A stretch of 64,000 bases of DNA from Psammoneis japonica (Eukaryota): contig QPGO01000058.1 in NCBI GenBank assembly GCA_008632985.1, positions 1-64,000 of the forward strand, read 5' to 3'. The notes beneath the pieces were generated by a model. The model had not been told where the DNA came from and searched no databases. It saw nothing but the letters and a program-made list of their open reading frames with translations. Made by a program: the position numbers and the translations under genes. Below are positions 45,950 to 59,400 of the stretch, in pieces. Numbering within the stretch: position 1 is the stretch's first letter; every line of letters begins with the position of its first letter.

Positions 45950-48900
45950 GCGCAATGAACCGCACGATCGATTGCGTGAGCGAGCATGCATGTCATTCAC
46001 CCGGGAGGAGTCTCTTGTGACGCACTGCAAGCACGGCCAGAGTTGTGTTTGGCTTCTTCGTGGTCTATGCTGCCGGTAGAGAGTCCTTTGGGTGGCGGCG
46101 TGAAGGTGGGTGCACAACAGCTGCAGGCATGATTTGTGATGTGACACTGGATGCACGCAGCTGAGTTTTGAGCAGCCCAGCATGTGGCTTGGGTGGTGTG
46201 GTGCTGAGCCCCAGCCAGACACCCCGCCCCTCTGCCAGCTCTTGCCGGTGCTCCCAGCACAGTTCACTGGTTCAAGCCATGCCACGCTGATCCAGAGGCT
46301 GCATTTGGGGTGGGCCAGGGACCAGGGAGAAGAAAAAACTTGTCAGCTCAACCACCACTTGCCATTTCAGACCTTGCGTCAGGCCGCCGCGCCTGCTCCA
46401 GCTCCAGGTGAGGCGCACAGGCTCGATTCCCATCACTGGCCCATTTTTTCATTTGGCACAACTTTTCCAAATCAAAGGGTGAGTGCACACAAAACTTTTG
46501 TTTTTTTTGTGTGCACTCGCCTTTCGGTTTTTGAAACGATTAAATTTGAAGGAGTTCAGTGTGCCAAACTGCACAGAAAATCGGCCTCTCGCATGATGGA
46601 CTGCTCATCACCTGGGGCTGGAACAGTCCATCCTGAGGGGAGCTGGCTTTTGTGCAAAAGAAAGAACAAGAGGCAACACAATGTGCTCCCACTGCTGTCT
46701 CACCCAAGTTTCTGGTTGTGCTCTCGTCATGCTGCCTTGACAACTCTTGGGCCAAACCTTGCTCAGAGCTGCCTTGCTCTTTGACACACACCTGCGACCA
46801 TTCTTCATCTCATGGGGTGGCTCTCACAGTCAAAAGACAGCCAGCTGGGGGTTCTTGTTGGCTGCACTGATGTGTTGAACTGTCAAGCCAATGTTGCCAA
46901 AAGGGAATCTTGTGAAGCTTCCTGCACCACTTCAACCTTGAAATTGCGGTTGAACAATGGCACCAACTTCCTGGCATCACAAACCATGCCATTTGCACCT
47001 CAAACTGGATGATGGCAATTCACAGCAATGCTTGCTGGTCTCATTCTGCTGTGTGCTGCAGCATGCATTGGCAGCATGGTGTCTTTTATGTTGAGAAAAG
47101 GCAATGACAGAATGGCCTTTCTGCCAGGTCCTTCTTGCAAAAACAGCTGTGGACTGGATGTGTCAAACCTGTTGTCCACGGCCAGAAGATGATTGCTGCA
47201 GGTTTTCATTGACTGCACCACCATCATCATCTGTCTGCAAAGCATTGGCTCATTCTGCCTGTTGCTCTGGCATTTGTTTGCTTTGTCCAAGTCATTCTCA
47301 TCTGTCAAAGTGCTGATTGAAATCATCTTGTCATTGCACAAACCCCATGTTCTCCAACCACAAAAGCTTGGCACATCAAGGGAGCTGTTGAGGTGTGAAG
47401 CTCCAGTGGAATTTGTGTTGATGCTCAGGAGGAACACATGTGTCAGTTGGCTTTGGATGGCTGCACACATGTGGCCAGGACAACCAATGGGTGTTTTGCA
47501 CATTGAAGGAGTGACACCTTTTTGGTGCACATTGTCAACATGTGGCAGCAAGATTGGCATGGATTGAGCCAGCATTTGATGACATGGAGAACAGATGAGA
47601 GGAACACTTTGTTGGGTGTGGTGGTCAAATCATTGCTGGCTGCAACAAGTGGGGTGAGTCAAGTGCAAGCATGCTTGCTTGTCCATGAGCAAATGACAGG
47701 GAGGCAGACTTTTGCAGCCACCAAAATCACTGCAGCATCTTTGGCAGTGACAAGAAAGTTAAAGCATGCTCTGTGGAAAAGAAAAGAGAGTTGTCAGAAG
47801 CTTTTGCTGCCAGCAGTTTGGCTGCTTTCAACCCTGAAAAGATGATCACTCTGATGAGAATGAGAGAAAAGCAAGATCTTGCAGCACAAAAAGTCATTCT
47901 TTTGCCTGTGCAACCCTCAAAGGCATGTTCATGTAGAAGCAAACTGAAAGAAAAGCACCCAGCCCACCACATTTTCAGTCCTGCCCCTGTTTTGAGGTTC
48001 CCTGTCAGTGGAGCTCTCATTTGGGTGAGCACAATGATCTCAGGTGGTTGTCGTGACCAGCTGAGCACCAGACTTTGCAGAAGTGGAGGTGGTGGTGAAC
48101 CCACCCCAACCCACACCTCCTTTGCCTTCTTGTGTGACAACAACACAGGAGCAAGAACACCAATTTGTTGTCTCTGGGTTTGGACATGGTTGGAGCTCCA
48201 CCACTCTGTACACAATGGTCTTGTCATGGTCATGGTGAGGGGCAAAATTCTTGAATGGTCAAGGGCGCATGTCAAGGCAACAACAAGTTGACATGACCAA
48301 TGCCACACATGTGTGCAATGGGCTGTGCCTGTCACAACTTGGAGTCATTGTCATGGCAAGGACACTCACACCACAAGCAAGCCTCTGCTGTTGCAATGAG
48401 CTGCTGCTGCACTGCAAAAGGTCATGAAGCAACCACCGGCTGAGGAGAGACTGGCAGTGGGTTTCTTGGAAGGTTTGCTGTCATCAACATGGTCCTTTGG
48501 ACAATCTCCAGCAGATCTTGCTTCAACAATCAATGTCACTGGCTTTGTTGGGCATGCAACCTCTCATGCATTAAAGTCACAGCAGCTTGGGCAGAAGCAT
48601 GTCCAACATGAATTTTGCCAGAGGGCATTCTGCAGGTGTCACTTGATGATGTGCACAAAGATTGCAGTGGATGCTGCACTGCTTGCTGAGGTTTTTGCCA
48701 TTGAAGGTCTCCAGTGGCAAAATGCTCAGATGACCACTGGATCAGCAGTGGTGCCATGTGCCTCCCAAGACTGCCAAAATTTGCAGCTCCTCTGTTCTTT
48801 CAAAACAAAGTTTTCAAAAATGCAAAGACCTAGAATTGGTCCATCATTTGGCTGCATTCTTGGGCCAGCAGCTCCAGTTTTGGTGTTCATCAGTGCCCTT

Positions 48901-50800
48901 GATGTTGCCATGCTTGGGAGTCCTGACTTTGGCACTCTTTGTCTCAGTCTTTTCTGGGCAAGTTGCCACTTTTCCTGTTCATGATGCAGCATGCTCCCCC
49001 AATTTGTGCAAAGAAAAGGGTTGATGGAAGAGTGGACAGGCTCCAAAGCACAGCCATCACTTCCTCATGGTGCTGGTCTGACCTGAGATGAGTTGTGGTG
49101 CAAGACCTTGCCATCTTCTCCTGGATGTTTTTTCTTGCCACCAAAAAGGCAGTTGTGTGTGGCTGAGATGGCGTGTGTGAGTGTGTGTGTGTTGTTCTAA
49201 CTCCTGGGTGCAATTTCTGTGTCAGCACCATCAGAACTGTTCTTTTTGGCATCAGCTCTGTGCCAGTCTCCAGTGGCACAATGGAGCTGTTGGCAGCTGC
49301 ACCAATGGCAGAGATGCCATTGGTGTTGAAGGGGACACTCTGCCATGCCAGTGGTTGGAGGTGTGGCTCCAGCATGGTGACCTGCCTTTTTGTGCTCCCC
49401 CCCCCCAAATGCCAGCACATTTCCTGTGTCAAATTCTGCACGAGACACTTCAGTGTCACCTCACAGATTGTTGGCTGTTGTTTTCACTTGTTGCAATCTT
49501 TTTCAGGCTCAATTGTCAATGCTGCTCCTCAGCAAAGCACTGCTGATGCTTGCGTTGCATCAAGAGCATCTTCCTCTCTGTTTCTGTGTTGACATTGACA
49601 CTTTCTCTCTGAACACCAGACAACTGCCAACCAACCCCCTTGTTTCTGAGTCTTTTTGAATCATGAATTTATGAACATTTTCCTTCCTTTTGCATCTGCA
49701 TTGAATCCTTGCTCTGCTTTCTCCAAGTGAAACTCACATGTTGACAAATGGCTGCAAAGACAGACACATGTTGTGTTTTTGACATTTTGTTTTTGGTGTC
49801 TCCCACTGGGTGTGATGGGTTTTGGGCTTTTGACCTTCCATTCTTCCAACACAACACACTGTGCAAAGAACATCCAGTTGATTTCCTGTTTGACTCAAAA
49901 CAAAACAGATTGACTGCAAAACAAACAATCCTTTCACACCAGTCAGTGCACTGGGAGTGTGGGTCAATGAGATGCAACAGCACTTAAAATGCAGATTTCA
50001 CTTTTTTTGTTCTGTCTCCTGGGTTCAAGAAGGTCTTGTCATCAAAAACATCAAGGATCTTTGGCACCTCTAAAAGGGTGTGATGAGATCTTGATGAGAA
50101 AAGTGCAACAAAAGTGTGAGGTTGCAACAAATCAGACCAAGCAGCAAACTCAAAATTAAGAGATGCCAACATTTGACTCTGTCTGGACACTGGATCTTCC
50201 GGAGATCTTCCACACTTTTTTCTAGCCACAACAACACAACATGAAAGATTGTGGTGGAGAATTGCAAATTGTCACTCAATCAGATTGCACCACAGCAAAA
50301 TGAGAAAGCAGTTGACAGAACCAACTTGCGTGGCTCTGTCCTCTGTCATTGGACACTCTGGCCCCAAAGTTCATGAGAGCAATGATGAGGAACTGATGTC
50401 TGTGCTGGCACAGGAGGCCCGACAAATTCCACAACAGATCTTGTTGCTGGTGCTGTGGATTCTGTCTTCATTGCCACAGGAGGTTGCTGCCATTGCAGTC
50501 TCTCCCTTTGTTGGCAGAGAGGGAGAAATTGTCCAAGGGTGCCTCAATGTTTCTGGTGTGGGATGGTTTCAGAGCAGTGGCATGATGGAGCAGTTCTTCT
50601 TTGCTTGTGTTTCACCTTTGAGGCTTTGCTGCTGTTTGGGTTTGTTGGTCTCATGGACTGGCATTGAAAGCCACAAAAGGTCCTTTTTGTGTGCCATCCA
50701 CCAAAATCAAAGCCTTTTGCCTTGTGACTTTTCTTGTCACAATCCATGCACATGAGGACAACTCAAAAGTGGCTGCCACCACTTCAAACAGCACAGCCAA
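45950..50800. mobile_element. Unclassified, heavily eroded repeat-derived DNA
   Basis: Same CpG/TpA-depleted composition as the identified TEs; no motif I can assign. Confidence 0.4.
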
Positions 50801-51182
50801 CGTCCTTCAACTGTCTGGGGTTGTTGTTGCAACAATGACAAACAGAATGTTCACAAGGTCTCAGTTGCAGTTGTTTGTGTGCATTGAGTGGTCTCTGGTG
50901 CAGGCAGCTTGCAATGTCCATCTGCAAGAGGGACAGACTCCTCAAGCTGATCAACAGCCCTTCCATTGTCCTTCCTGTGCTGCAGCAGCTGTTGCTGCTT
51001 TAAACAATGAAGCTGACTCCAGTGCCAACATGGGTTGGTGACTGAGGCCCATTTGCAGAGCTCAAGCTTCAGACCACTCACCAGGACCTGGCCCCAAGTT
51101 GCCAGCTCCTGGGCCACTTGTTTGGTGTGACAGAACGTGGGCCAATGACTTTGGGTGGGAGCCCAGTGAGGGAGGAATGCAG

Positions 51183-52140
51183 TCAACATGGAGGGACTTC
51201 ATGGTTTGGGAGGAGAACACACAAGCCACCAGAGAGCATTGGGAATGATGAATTTTGTGTGGTTGGCTCAGCTTGGATGTGAAGGCAGCAGAGTGTTTTG
51301 TCAGAGCACCAGCTTCCAATGAGGTGAACAATGTCAGCATCAATGTGCATGCACAGGAGAGCCATGGCACTGCCAGCATGAAGAGAGTGAGCACAAATGC
51401 CTTTTGGCAAGAACCTGCAGGTGTGGCTAAAAGTGGCAGCAACCAGGCAAAGTGTGCAGCTGATGTCAGGTTGTTTGACTGGTTTGAAGACATTGCCTTG
51501 ATGACAGGCAGCAAGGGGTGTGGTTGGCAGGGTGCCATTTTGGCACCAATGAAGCACACATCAAGCTGTTGCCAACACCAGGCAGAATTGACTGTCACCA
51601 CTTTGGGGCAAGCCAATGACTTTGCCTTGGACACCATTCTTTTGGGTGACAAATTTGAGGGTGGTGAAGGTGGCAGCCCACAGTTCTGCATTGGTGCCTG
51701 TTTGTGAGTTGAGTTGACTGGGGCTGATGAACAGCTGCATGTCATTGAGCTGGAAAGAGGTGGTGTTGGGCAGAGCAGCTGTGCATTTGCCTGGCTGCAG
51801 CAAGTGGAAGAAGGCAAGGGCAACCACATCTGCAACGCACATGGCCGAGGTGGTGGCAGCTGGTGCAGCAGTTCCCATGATGTGTCAGAGTGCCAGCACT
51901 GGTGTCTTGCTTTGTGGCATGCCAACTGGCATCAGCAGCAAAAGTCATTGTCATCATGGATGGTTTTGTGAGGATCTGGGGACCCCACTGTTGCAAATGC
52001 TTGGCCAATGCTGCACAGGGCATCTTCCATGGTGCAAGATTGGATGTGGTGACCACCGGGGCAAGATTTCCTCATTGGCAGTGCCAGGTGAAGACTTGGG
52101 GGGACAGGCATGGGGTCTTCATGACAGCCAACCAAGTCAT
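51183..52140 (-). mobile_element. Tyrosine recombinase of a DIRS/Ngaro-like retrotransposon (degenerate)
   Basis: 'SCTMEDALCSIGQAF...PDPH', 'LAFFHLLQPGKCT', 'TLKFVTQKNGVQGKVIG', 'AHSLHAGSAMALL...IGSWCSDKTLCCLHIQA' correspond to the YR motifs LLRPGEYT / QKNG / SLRAGGA / GRWRSDxMLRYLH. Confidence 0.85.
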
Positions 52141-52559
52141 GAGTTGTGAGTCATGTGTGCCAGTGATGCACATCAGTTGTGTCTCACAGTCACACATGCA
52201 GTGGACAGACACTGAGACATCCAGATGGCAAAACATCTCTTTGGACCTCTCTTCTGCTCACTTTCTTTCCAACTGGCACCATGTTGTCATCACTGTCCCA
52301 GCACACATTGGTTTGTGCTGATGGACCCTTGTCTGCTCTGGGTTGTGAGCACCATTGCACTTTTCCTCTGTCATCAGAGTGCCCACACAAACCAGACTTT
52401 GTGCCATCATGGAGCCCCCTTTTTGTCAAGAAAATGCCATCTCTGTCTCACCAACTTTCCTGCCAACTGTGCCAACAGGCCCATCATGCCAGAGCACATG
52501 CCAGAGCCCCATGCAGCATTTTTTGTGCACTGTCATGACCAACAAGCAACCAAACAAAT

Positions 52560-55500
52560 CAAGAATGCAGTCTACATTCTTTGAATTTGGGGCCAACTCC
52601 AAACACAAAAATGCCCACACTCACCCAAAGAGCCTGTTTTCTAATGCCCTCCAGGATGCATTGGTTGTTCTGGACAGATTTGCACCACCCCGTCTCCACA
52701 ACAATGTCCCTGCAATCTGCCTCACACCAACAACTTGTTGATGAGACCATCAAACCCCAGGCAACAACTGCAACACAGACCTCAAACACATTGGACCCAT
52801 CACAGATCAAGTCACTCTCCAAGTCCATGCCCCTGGAACCTGCAAGCAAGACCCATCTGAATCAACGCGCACTTCTGAAAGTGATGACCGCAGCTGTCAA
52901 AGCTGGAGAAGACACAATCAGCATCACTGTTGGCACCCACCACCTCCATTTCCACCCAGGAAGTGGACTTGCATGAAAAAACTGAGACCATGTTGATGCC
53001 ACCCCATTCAAAACAGATGCTGAGACCCCTGACAAGGACACCAAGACATCTGCAGTGGTTCACTTGCAACAACAGCTGGAAAATTGCTGAGACCCTTGCC
53101 AAACACATCTCAGGCCTCAAGCTGTGCAAAGAAGCAATCAATCATGCTGTCAAGAAGATGCCAACAAATGATGTGGCTGCCTCAACAACCACATCCAGCA
53201 GATCCACCCTTGTGTTTGCATTCAACCCCACCAGTCTGCCCTCCAATGTCAAAGATCAATGCAAACACAAACACAGAGGACTTGCCACCCCATCAAGCAA
53301 CCCAGTGCCCTGCAGCCAGTGCTGGCCACATGCACAACATTGATGGCAGCAACTGCATCATCTCTGCTCTTGGTGTGCCATGCTCACCAAAGTCACATGA
53401 CCCATGGCACACACATCCATCCACTGTGGTGCTCCACAAAAGACAATGAAGACTGGGGACTTGCTGCTGGCAATGCCAAAACTGACAACCTGCTGCTCCA
53501 CATGCTCACCCAACTTGACCAGACAAAAACTGTGACACAGCAGTGCCTGCAAGAAAAGGATGCTTTTTCCCATCCAGCTCCAAGTTCCCAGACATCATCT
53601 GTCAATGCTCTGGAAACAGATGCTTGGCCCTGAAGATGACAATCTTTGATTGCCACATCCAACATGGCATGAACGTCCCAGCAAGATGATCAGGACCTGC
53701 CCAAAGCAGGACAACCTGATGCTCCTGAGCTGCCATGCAGAAATTCAAGTTTTTCTCCAGCTCAAGGATGCAATTGAAAATGCAGATGGCACTTTGGACA
53801 ATCCAGGCATCCTTGACATCTTTGTCAGCAATGCATGACACAGCAAGTGCCTGCAACACACCAAGACCACTGAGGCACACAAAGACATGAACAAAGTGCA
53901 CCTCTGCAAGTGGAGGTCATGGAGACCCTTGCTTTCACACTCAAAGAACCTTGCAGCCCTGAACTGCTACAAGGACCTCCACAGTGCCCCCAACAACACC
54001 TGTTTGTTTGCACACTGTGTCATCAACCACAACAGCAGCCAGCCAGTGTGCCTCTCAACAAACTTGACTCCACACCCTCTGATGCTCCAGCACCAGAAAA
54101 ACTGCACCTCCTGCTGTTGAGATCAAGGAAGAAACTGTGACAGCACCAATGAACAAGGTGTCTGCTGTGCATGTTCCAGCAGACAATGAAGCTCAAGAAC
54201 TGCACAGCATTTGCAAGGCCTCTGTCTGCAGCATCAAGGCATCACCAAATGAAGCCCAGGCACGTCCATGCTCATTTTGTTGCAAACAACACCAATGCAT
54301 GCAACACTGTGCCAGAAAGCTGTGCCAGGATGACCAATCAAATTTTCAAACAGGCCATCACCAGGCTTGGACAAGCAATGCCACCAACTCTGTCAAGCTC
54401 TCCAATGAAGACCAATGCCCACTCACCACCTCTTGCTCCACCCACTCTTTCTCCCACTGACAAGGCCAGCAATGATGCACATGACACACACACACACACA
54501 AACATCCCTGATCCCAGCACCACCCTTGCTGACAATGATCCTGTGAGCGCAGATCAGGGGAGGGACCCCAACACAGTGGAGAAAGCCATTGAGCCACCCA
54601 AAGACCCTCTGGAGCCAAGGTTGGTTGATGAATCATTTGAACATCTGGATGTGCAAGAGCAGATGAACACAGCACACCCACTGAGCTCCATCTGTGTCTC
54701 ACCTTTTTTCCACCCACCAACATGACTGATGTGCATTTGCAGAGCTGAACACTCCTGTCATCCCTGTCAACCATCTTGTGTCTGACTCAATTGTCTGCAG
54801 AGCTCAGATTGACATGGGTGCATGGTTGTTGTGCGCAGGGCACCAACACCTTCTCCATGGTTTGGCCAACTTTTTTTTACCATTTCATCCACATCAAGAA
54901 TGCCGCAGCACCCCAAGACCAAGAAGCTGCCCCCATCACCAAGGCTGCTGGCATGATGCAACAAAACTTCTCAGCACTGCACACTTTGGGATGCCAAGTG
55001 TGGACATGCCCACCTGGCCTCTGAGCAGCCAAGCTCAGACCATCTCACAGATGGGCACTCTGCTTGCTGCTCGGATGCACCCCTGGCCACTGCCACAAAG
55101 AACGTCTTCTTGAGGCAGGACCCAGCAACCAATGAAGTCAAACAATCAAAGTGTGTGCACTGCAGCAATGAAGGTGTGAATGACCTGCCCCACAATGATC
55201 TCCCTCTGAAGATCATCAACCTTCAACAAGTTGAGCAAGGTGCAGCATTCCTTGCCAAAATGGAAGAAAATGTTGCACCACAGTTTCACTCACATGCTCA
55301 CCCCTTTGCTTCTGCAAACACTTGCACCATGAAGCACCACCCACCAAGCAACTGGACCTGTGGATTCAACCCATTGAGTTGTGATCTGATGAACAGATTG
55401 CATGCATCTGAAATCAAGGCTTGTTCTCCTGCTGCATCCCTTTTTGCCACTCCTTGAGCACAAGGAACAAGCTCACAGGCACACACAGCCCAGCAGCTCC

Positions 55501-57240
55501 CAAAAGCCTGCCCAACACAGAGGCCTGCAGACTTGCACCAGATTTTCATCAAAAGTCTGCCCATTTGGAATGCAGCTCCCACACAATTTTTGCACTGGTG
55601 CATCTCATGAATCATGGGCTTTTCCAGGTGGTTTTGCATGCAGAACTTTTGGGAACAAAACTGAACATCTCATTGGCCAGCAGATTCTCACATGTGCATG
55701 CAAACGCAGAAAATAAAAACAAACACACTGGAAACTTCTGTGAGGTTCTATGCAGCTGGACAGACTTTTGCAGCAGGCAGACTTTTGGGAGCTGCTGGCA
55801 TTGTCTCCATCAGCAAGCACAAAGCACTTGCTGCAGATGACACTGAAGGTGCCCTCCGCCAAGTCTTCCAGGAAAAGATCCCAGCTTTTGAGATCATCTT
55901 TGCTCCCAATCACCAGCTGGACTCCCAACAATTGGAAGATCATGCAATGGATGAACACCAGAGACTCATGCCCAAGGCCAACTCACCTGATGAGCACACA
56001 CCCAAAATCTCCCTTGTCAGCCGTGCAAAAAATGGCACCCATCATCTGCCCCAAGGATGAGTTTTTGGAGGAAGCAATTCCAACAGACACATTCCATGCA
56101 CACCTCAGTGCAATGTCATGTGCCACCATGACCAATGAAGAGGCAGAGCTTGACTGCTTCACTTGCAGCTGATTGCAGAAACTGTCCACTTGGCCAGAAT
56201 GGGAAGCAGACAAGCATGAGCAGCTCAATCAACTCCACAGACTCAGAATGTACAGACCCCACAATCTTGCCCAAAAAGTGCCACCATCACATGCCCCCAC
56301 TGGCAATGCCAAATGAACATGACCAGCAAACAACACTCCAGACAATGTGGTGATGGATCCTGGAAAGCCATGCCTGCACTGTGCAAACTCACCTCAACTC
56401 ACTTTTCAACAGTGGAGCAGGCAATGCAACAGCTGTTCATTGCTCTCAGCACTGGTGCGTGTCATCAAATCTGCAACGGCAATGCCCAGGATGCCAGTGC
56501 CCACTCAACCCATCCAACTCATCCAGCACTTGCATCCACCAATGCTGTGCATTGTGAATGGCACCACAAATGTTTTGAAAAGGATGTCAACCCATCCCAC
56601 CATGTCTCCTCTCACTCCTCCACACCTTCCAAGGTCATCCAGAAAGTGGCCTGCTGTGGGAGAAGCACATCAATGACATGCTTGCCAACACTGAGCTCCT
56701 CTTTTTAAACACTGTACATGACAAATGCATCTGCTCCAGCACCTGCAAAGGAATCAAGGCACTGCTCCTCCACCAAGTTGATGACTTTGCCCTTTCAACG
56801 CCAACCAAAGACATTGCTGTCAAAATTTGTGATCACATTGGCAAGCAACTTTGACTTGCAAATGAAACATCCCCTCCATTCAAGCACCTTGACCCATGCA
56901 CAAGTTTTGTTGGTCTTGATGTCATGCAGAACAACAGCTCCATCATCACAAACTGACTGGGCACATGTCAAATGTGTGTGTTTTGAAGACCTGCAGATGG
57001 GAATCTCCCTCACCCAAGGAAAGCAACACCAACTGCAAAGCTGCCTCAATTCTGGTTAATTGCACTGAAGAATTGCTCCATGCCACCAGCCCTGCAAAAG
57101 GAAGAAGGTGCACCTGAAGCTGCCAACCTTGCCAAGAAGCACAAGTTTGGATGCCACAATGTCCTTGGTGAATGGATGGGCACACATGGCCTGGCATCTT
57201 GACACCAGGCACCCCACCACAACTCTCTCAAAATTTTCCA
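52560..57240 (+). mobile_element. Degenerate CoDi-type Copia fragment (gag, integrase C-part, RT) nested in the YR element; 3' end missing
   Basis: 'WPTFFYHFIHIKNA...LHTLGCQVWTCPPG', 'NEGVNDLP', 'LSTWPEWEADKHEQLNQ', 'CGDGS...STVEQAMQQLFIAL...GNAQDASAHS', 'FQGHPESG'. Confidence 0.8.
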
Positions 57241-57249
57241 CCACCCTCA

Positions 57250-59400
57250 CTGCACCAGCAGCCTTTGGCAGTGCTGGCTCCAGAAGGTGCAACTCCAGCC
57301 TTGGCATCTTGTTGAGCAGTGAAGAGGTCATGTCAAAAAGCATCTGCCATGGTGGTGTCTGTGAGTGCCATGGCTTGGTCTGTGGACAAACAGCATTGAC
57401 ACAAGTGAGAAGTTCATGAGTGTTTGAATTGAAAAGGTGAGAGGCATTGTCTGTCATCATGTTGGGTTGATCCCGGCATGCAGTCCATGAGGGCCAAACA
57501 GTGGTGTGATGTCATTGATGGATGGTTCTCATGCAGAGGAGGGGTGCAGTGGCAGATTTGGCAGTGGTGGACCCCTTCCAGTGCCAGCACATGGCTGCAA
57601 TGTCATCCACATTGTTCTTCATGAGGCATTCTTGTGCAAGACAAAACAATGGGCACTTGCATCCTGGTGCATCAGGGCACCGGCTAGCTCCAGATCAGAG
57701 TTTGTGATGGAATGCTGGGGATTGGAAACTGATGATGGCAGATGATCATGGGGACAGGATTGCTGGGCATCATTGACACCAGTTTGCCTTGGTGTCACAT
57801 TGTGAGTTGGGTGTCACAATGCATGGTGGTGGGATTTGGCAGCCAAACTCCTCCTGCACTGTCACCAGATGTGTCATGTGACCCCAAAAGCACAGGATTG
57901 AGGGGCACTCCTGATTCACAGAGGTGTGCGCAGCAACTGTGGAGGTCCCAATGAAGCCATTGGAAATCATTCATGGCCTGGTGGATGCCCCAGTGAAAAC
58001 AAAGGCACTGGCTCTTGTGGCCCCACTGGATGGTGGCTTGGAGATTGCTGAACAAGCTTCAAGCTCCTGGCATTGCCAAGGCCATCAAGCACAACTCACC
58101 CAGGAGGCTGTGCAATTTGTCAAGGGACAATTGCTTTTTAGCAGGAGGTGTGCTGGCAAGCAGTTCAACAAGGCACTGCAGATGGCAGGGTGAGAGTGTG
58201 AGTGTCATGGCCACCATGTCAATGACCCAGCCTGGAACTGTTTTGCACATTTCCCATGAGGTGTCCCCCCATTGAGCAACTTCTCAACCAAAATGGGATT
58301 GCATCAGCAATGTGGGTCAGAAGCACAATCCAAAGGGTGCAAAACATGGTGTGGACAGAGGTTCTCCAAGGCTTCTTGCTTGGCCAACAAACTGCATGGC
58401 ATTTGTCGTGGAGTGGCGCAATGTCTGCTGGTTGAGTTTGTGGCATGAGCAGTCCACTGTGGTTTGTGGATGCCAATCACATTGTGGGATGACACCAATG
58501 GGGCTGATGCAACCATGCAGAAGGCCTTGTGGACCATGTTTGTCATCTCTCCAGAAATCAAGATGCTTGTGCTGGGCTGACTCACAGGGCCACAAGCCAC
58601 CACTGCATCCTTGCAGGCAAGACTCCATGGAGCCATTTGAGTCATGACTGGGGCACCCTGGCCTCCCAGTCATTGAATCAAGTTTCATGCCGGGTGCTTC
58701 CCATGGTGTTCTTGGCAGTTTGTTAAATCACTTCATTCATCAAGCAGGCCAATGTTGCTTCCTGCAGTCTTGCCTGGTGTGTTTGTGGTCACCAACGCTG
58801 GTTTTGTCAAAGGTGAAGTGACACTGTCAGCCTTTTGGGCACATGCACCTCCACCACCAGCTGTGCCAGCAGGTGCCACAGTTGCTTCACTTCACAATTG
58901 AATGGCTGTGGCAGAGGTTGCTCCCAAGTCCGGAAACTTGGGAAAGAGATTGTTCCATTTGTGCTTGTGTCTGCTGAGACATCTCCAAGCAGCATGATGG
59001 GAAGGCTGGCACCCAACCCTTTTTGCTTGTTGCCATTGTTGAATGCTCCAGTGAAGTCAGGGGGGCAGCATGGCCAGATCAGCCCATTCTTGGCAACAAA
59101 GACAGAGTTGTCAGTTGGCAACTGCATCTCATGCACCAGCAACAATGGTGTGAGGCAATGGAGCTTTGGGTCTCAGGGTGGATGCACACCAGCTCTGCTT
59201 CACAGATGATGAACTCCTCACAGAGCCTTTGGTGTCCCAAAGATGTGGGATGTCCGGCCCCTGGCAGGGTGACCCACACAGTGTGCGAGCTTCTTGCTGG
59301 TGTGTGATCTTAGCTTGGTTTGCCCAGAGTGGGATCACCACATTGTTGCAAGCAGGGCTTGGGTGTTGGCAATGCTCCAGGCCAACAAATTTTGACTGAT
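57250..59400 (-). mobile_element. RT/RNase H region of the DIRS/Ngaro-like retrotransposon (degenerate)
   Basis: 'KTVPGWVIDMVAMTLTL...LLGELCLMALAMPGA', 'GSHDTSGDSAGGVW' (DAS motif), 'MTDNASHLF...CPQTKPW'; same strand as the YR. Right boundary approximate. Confidence 0.75.
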
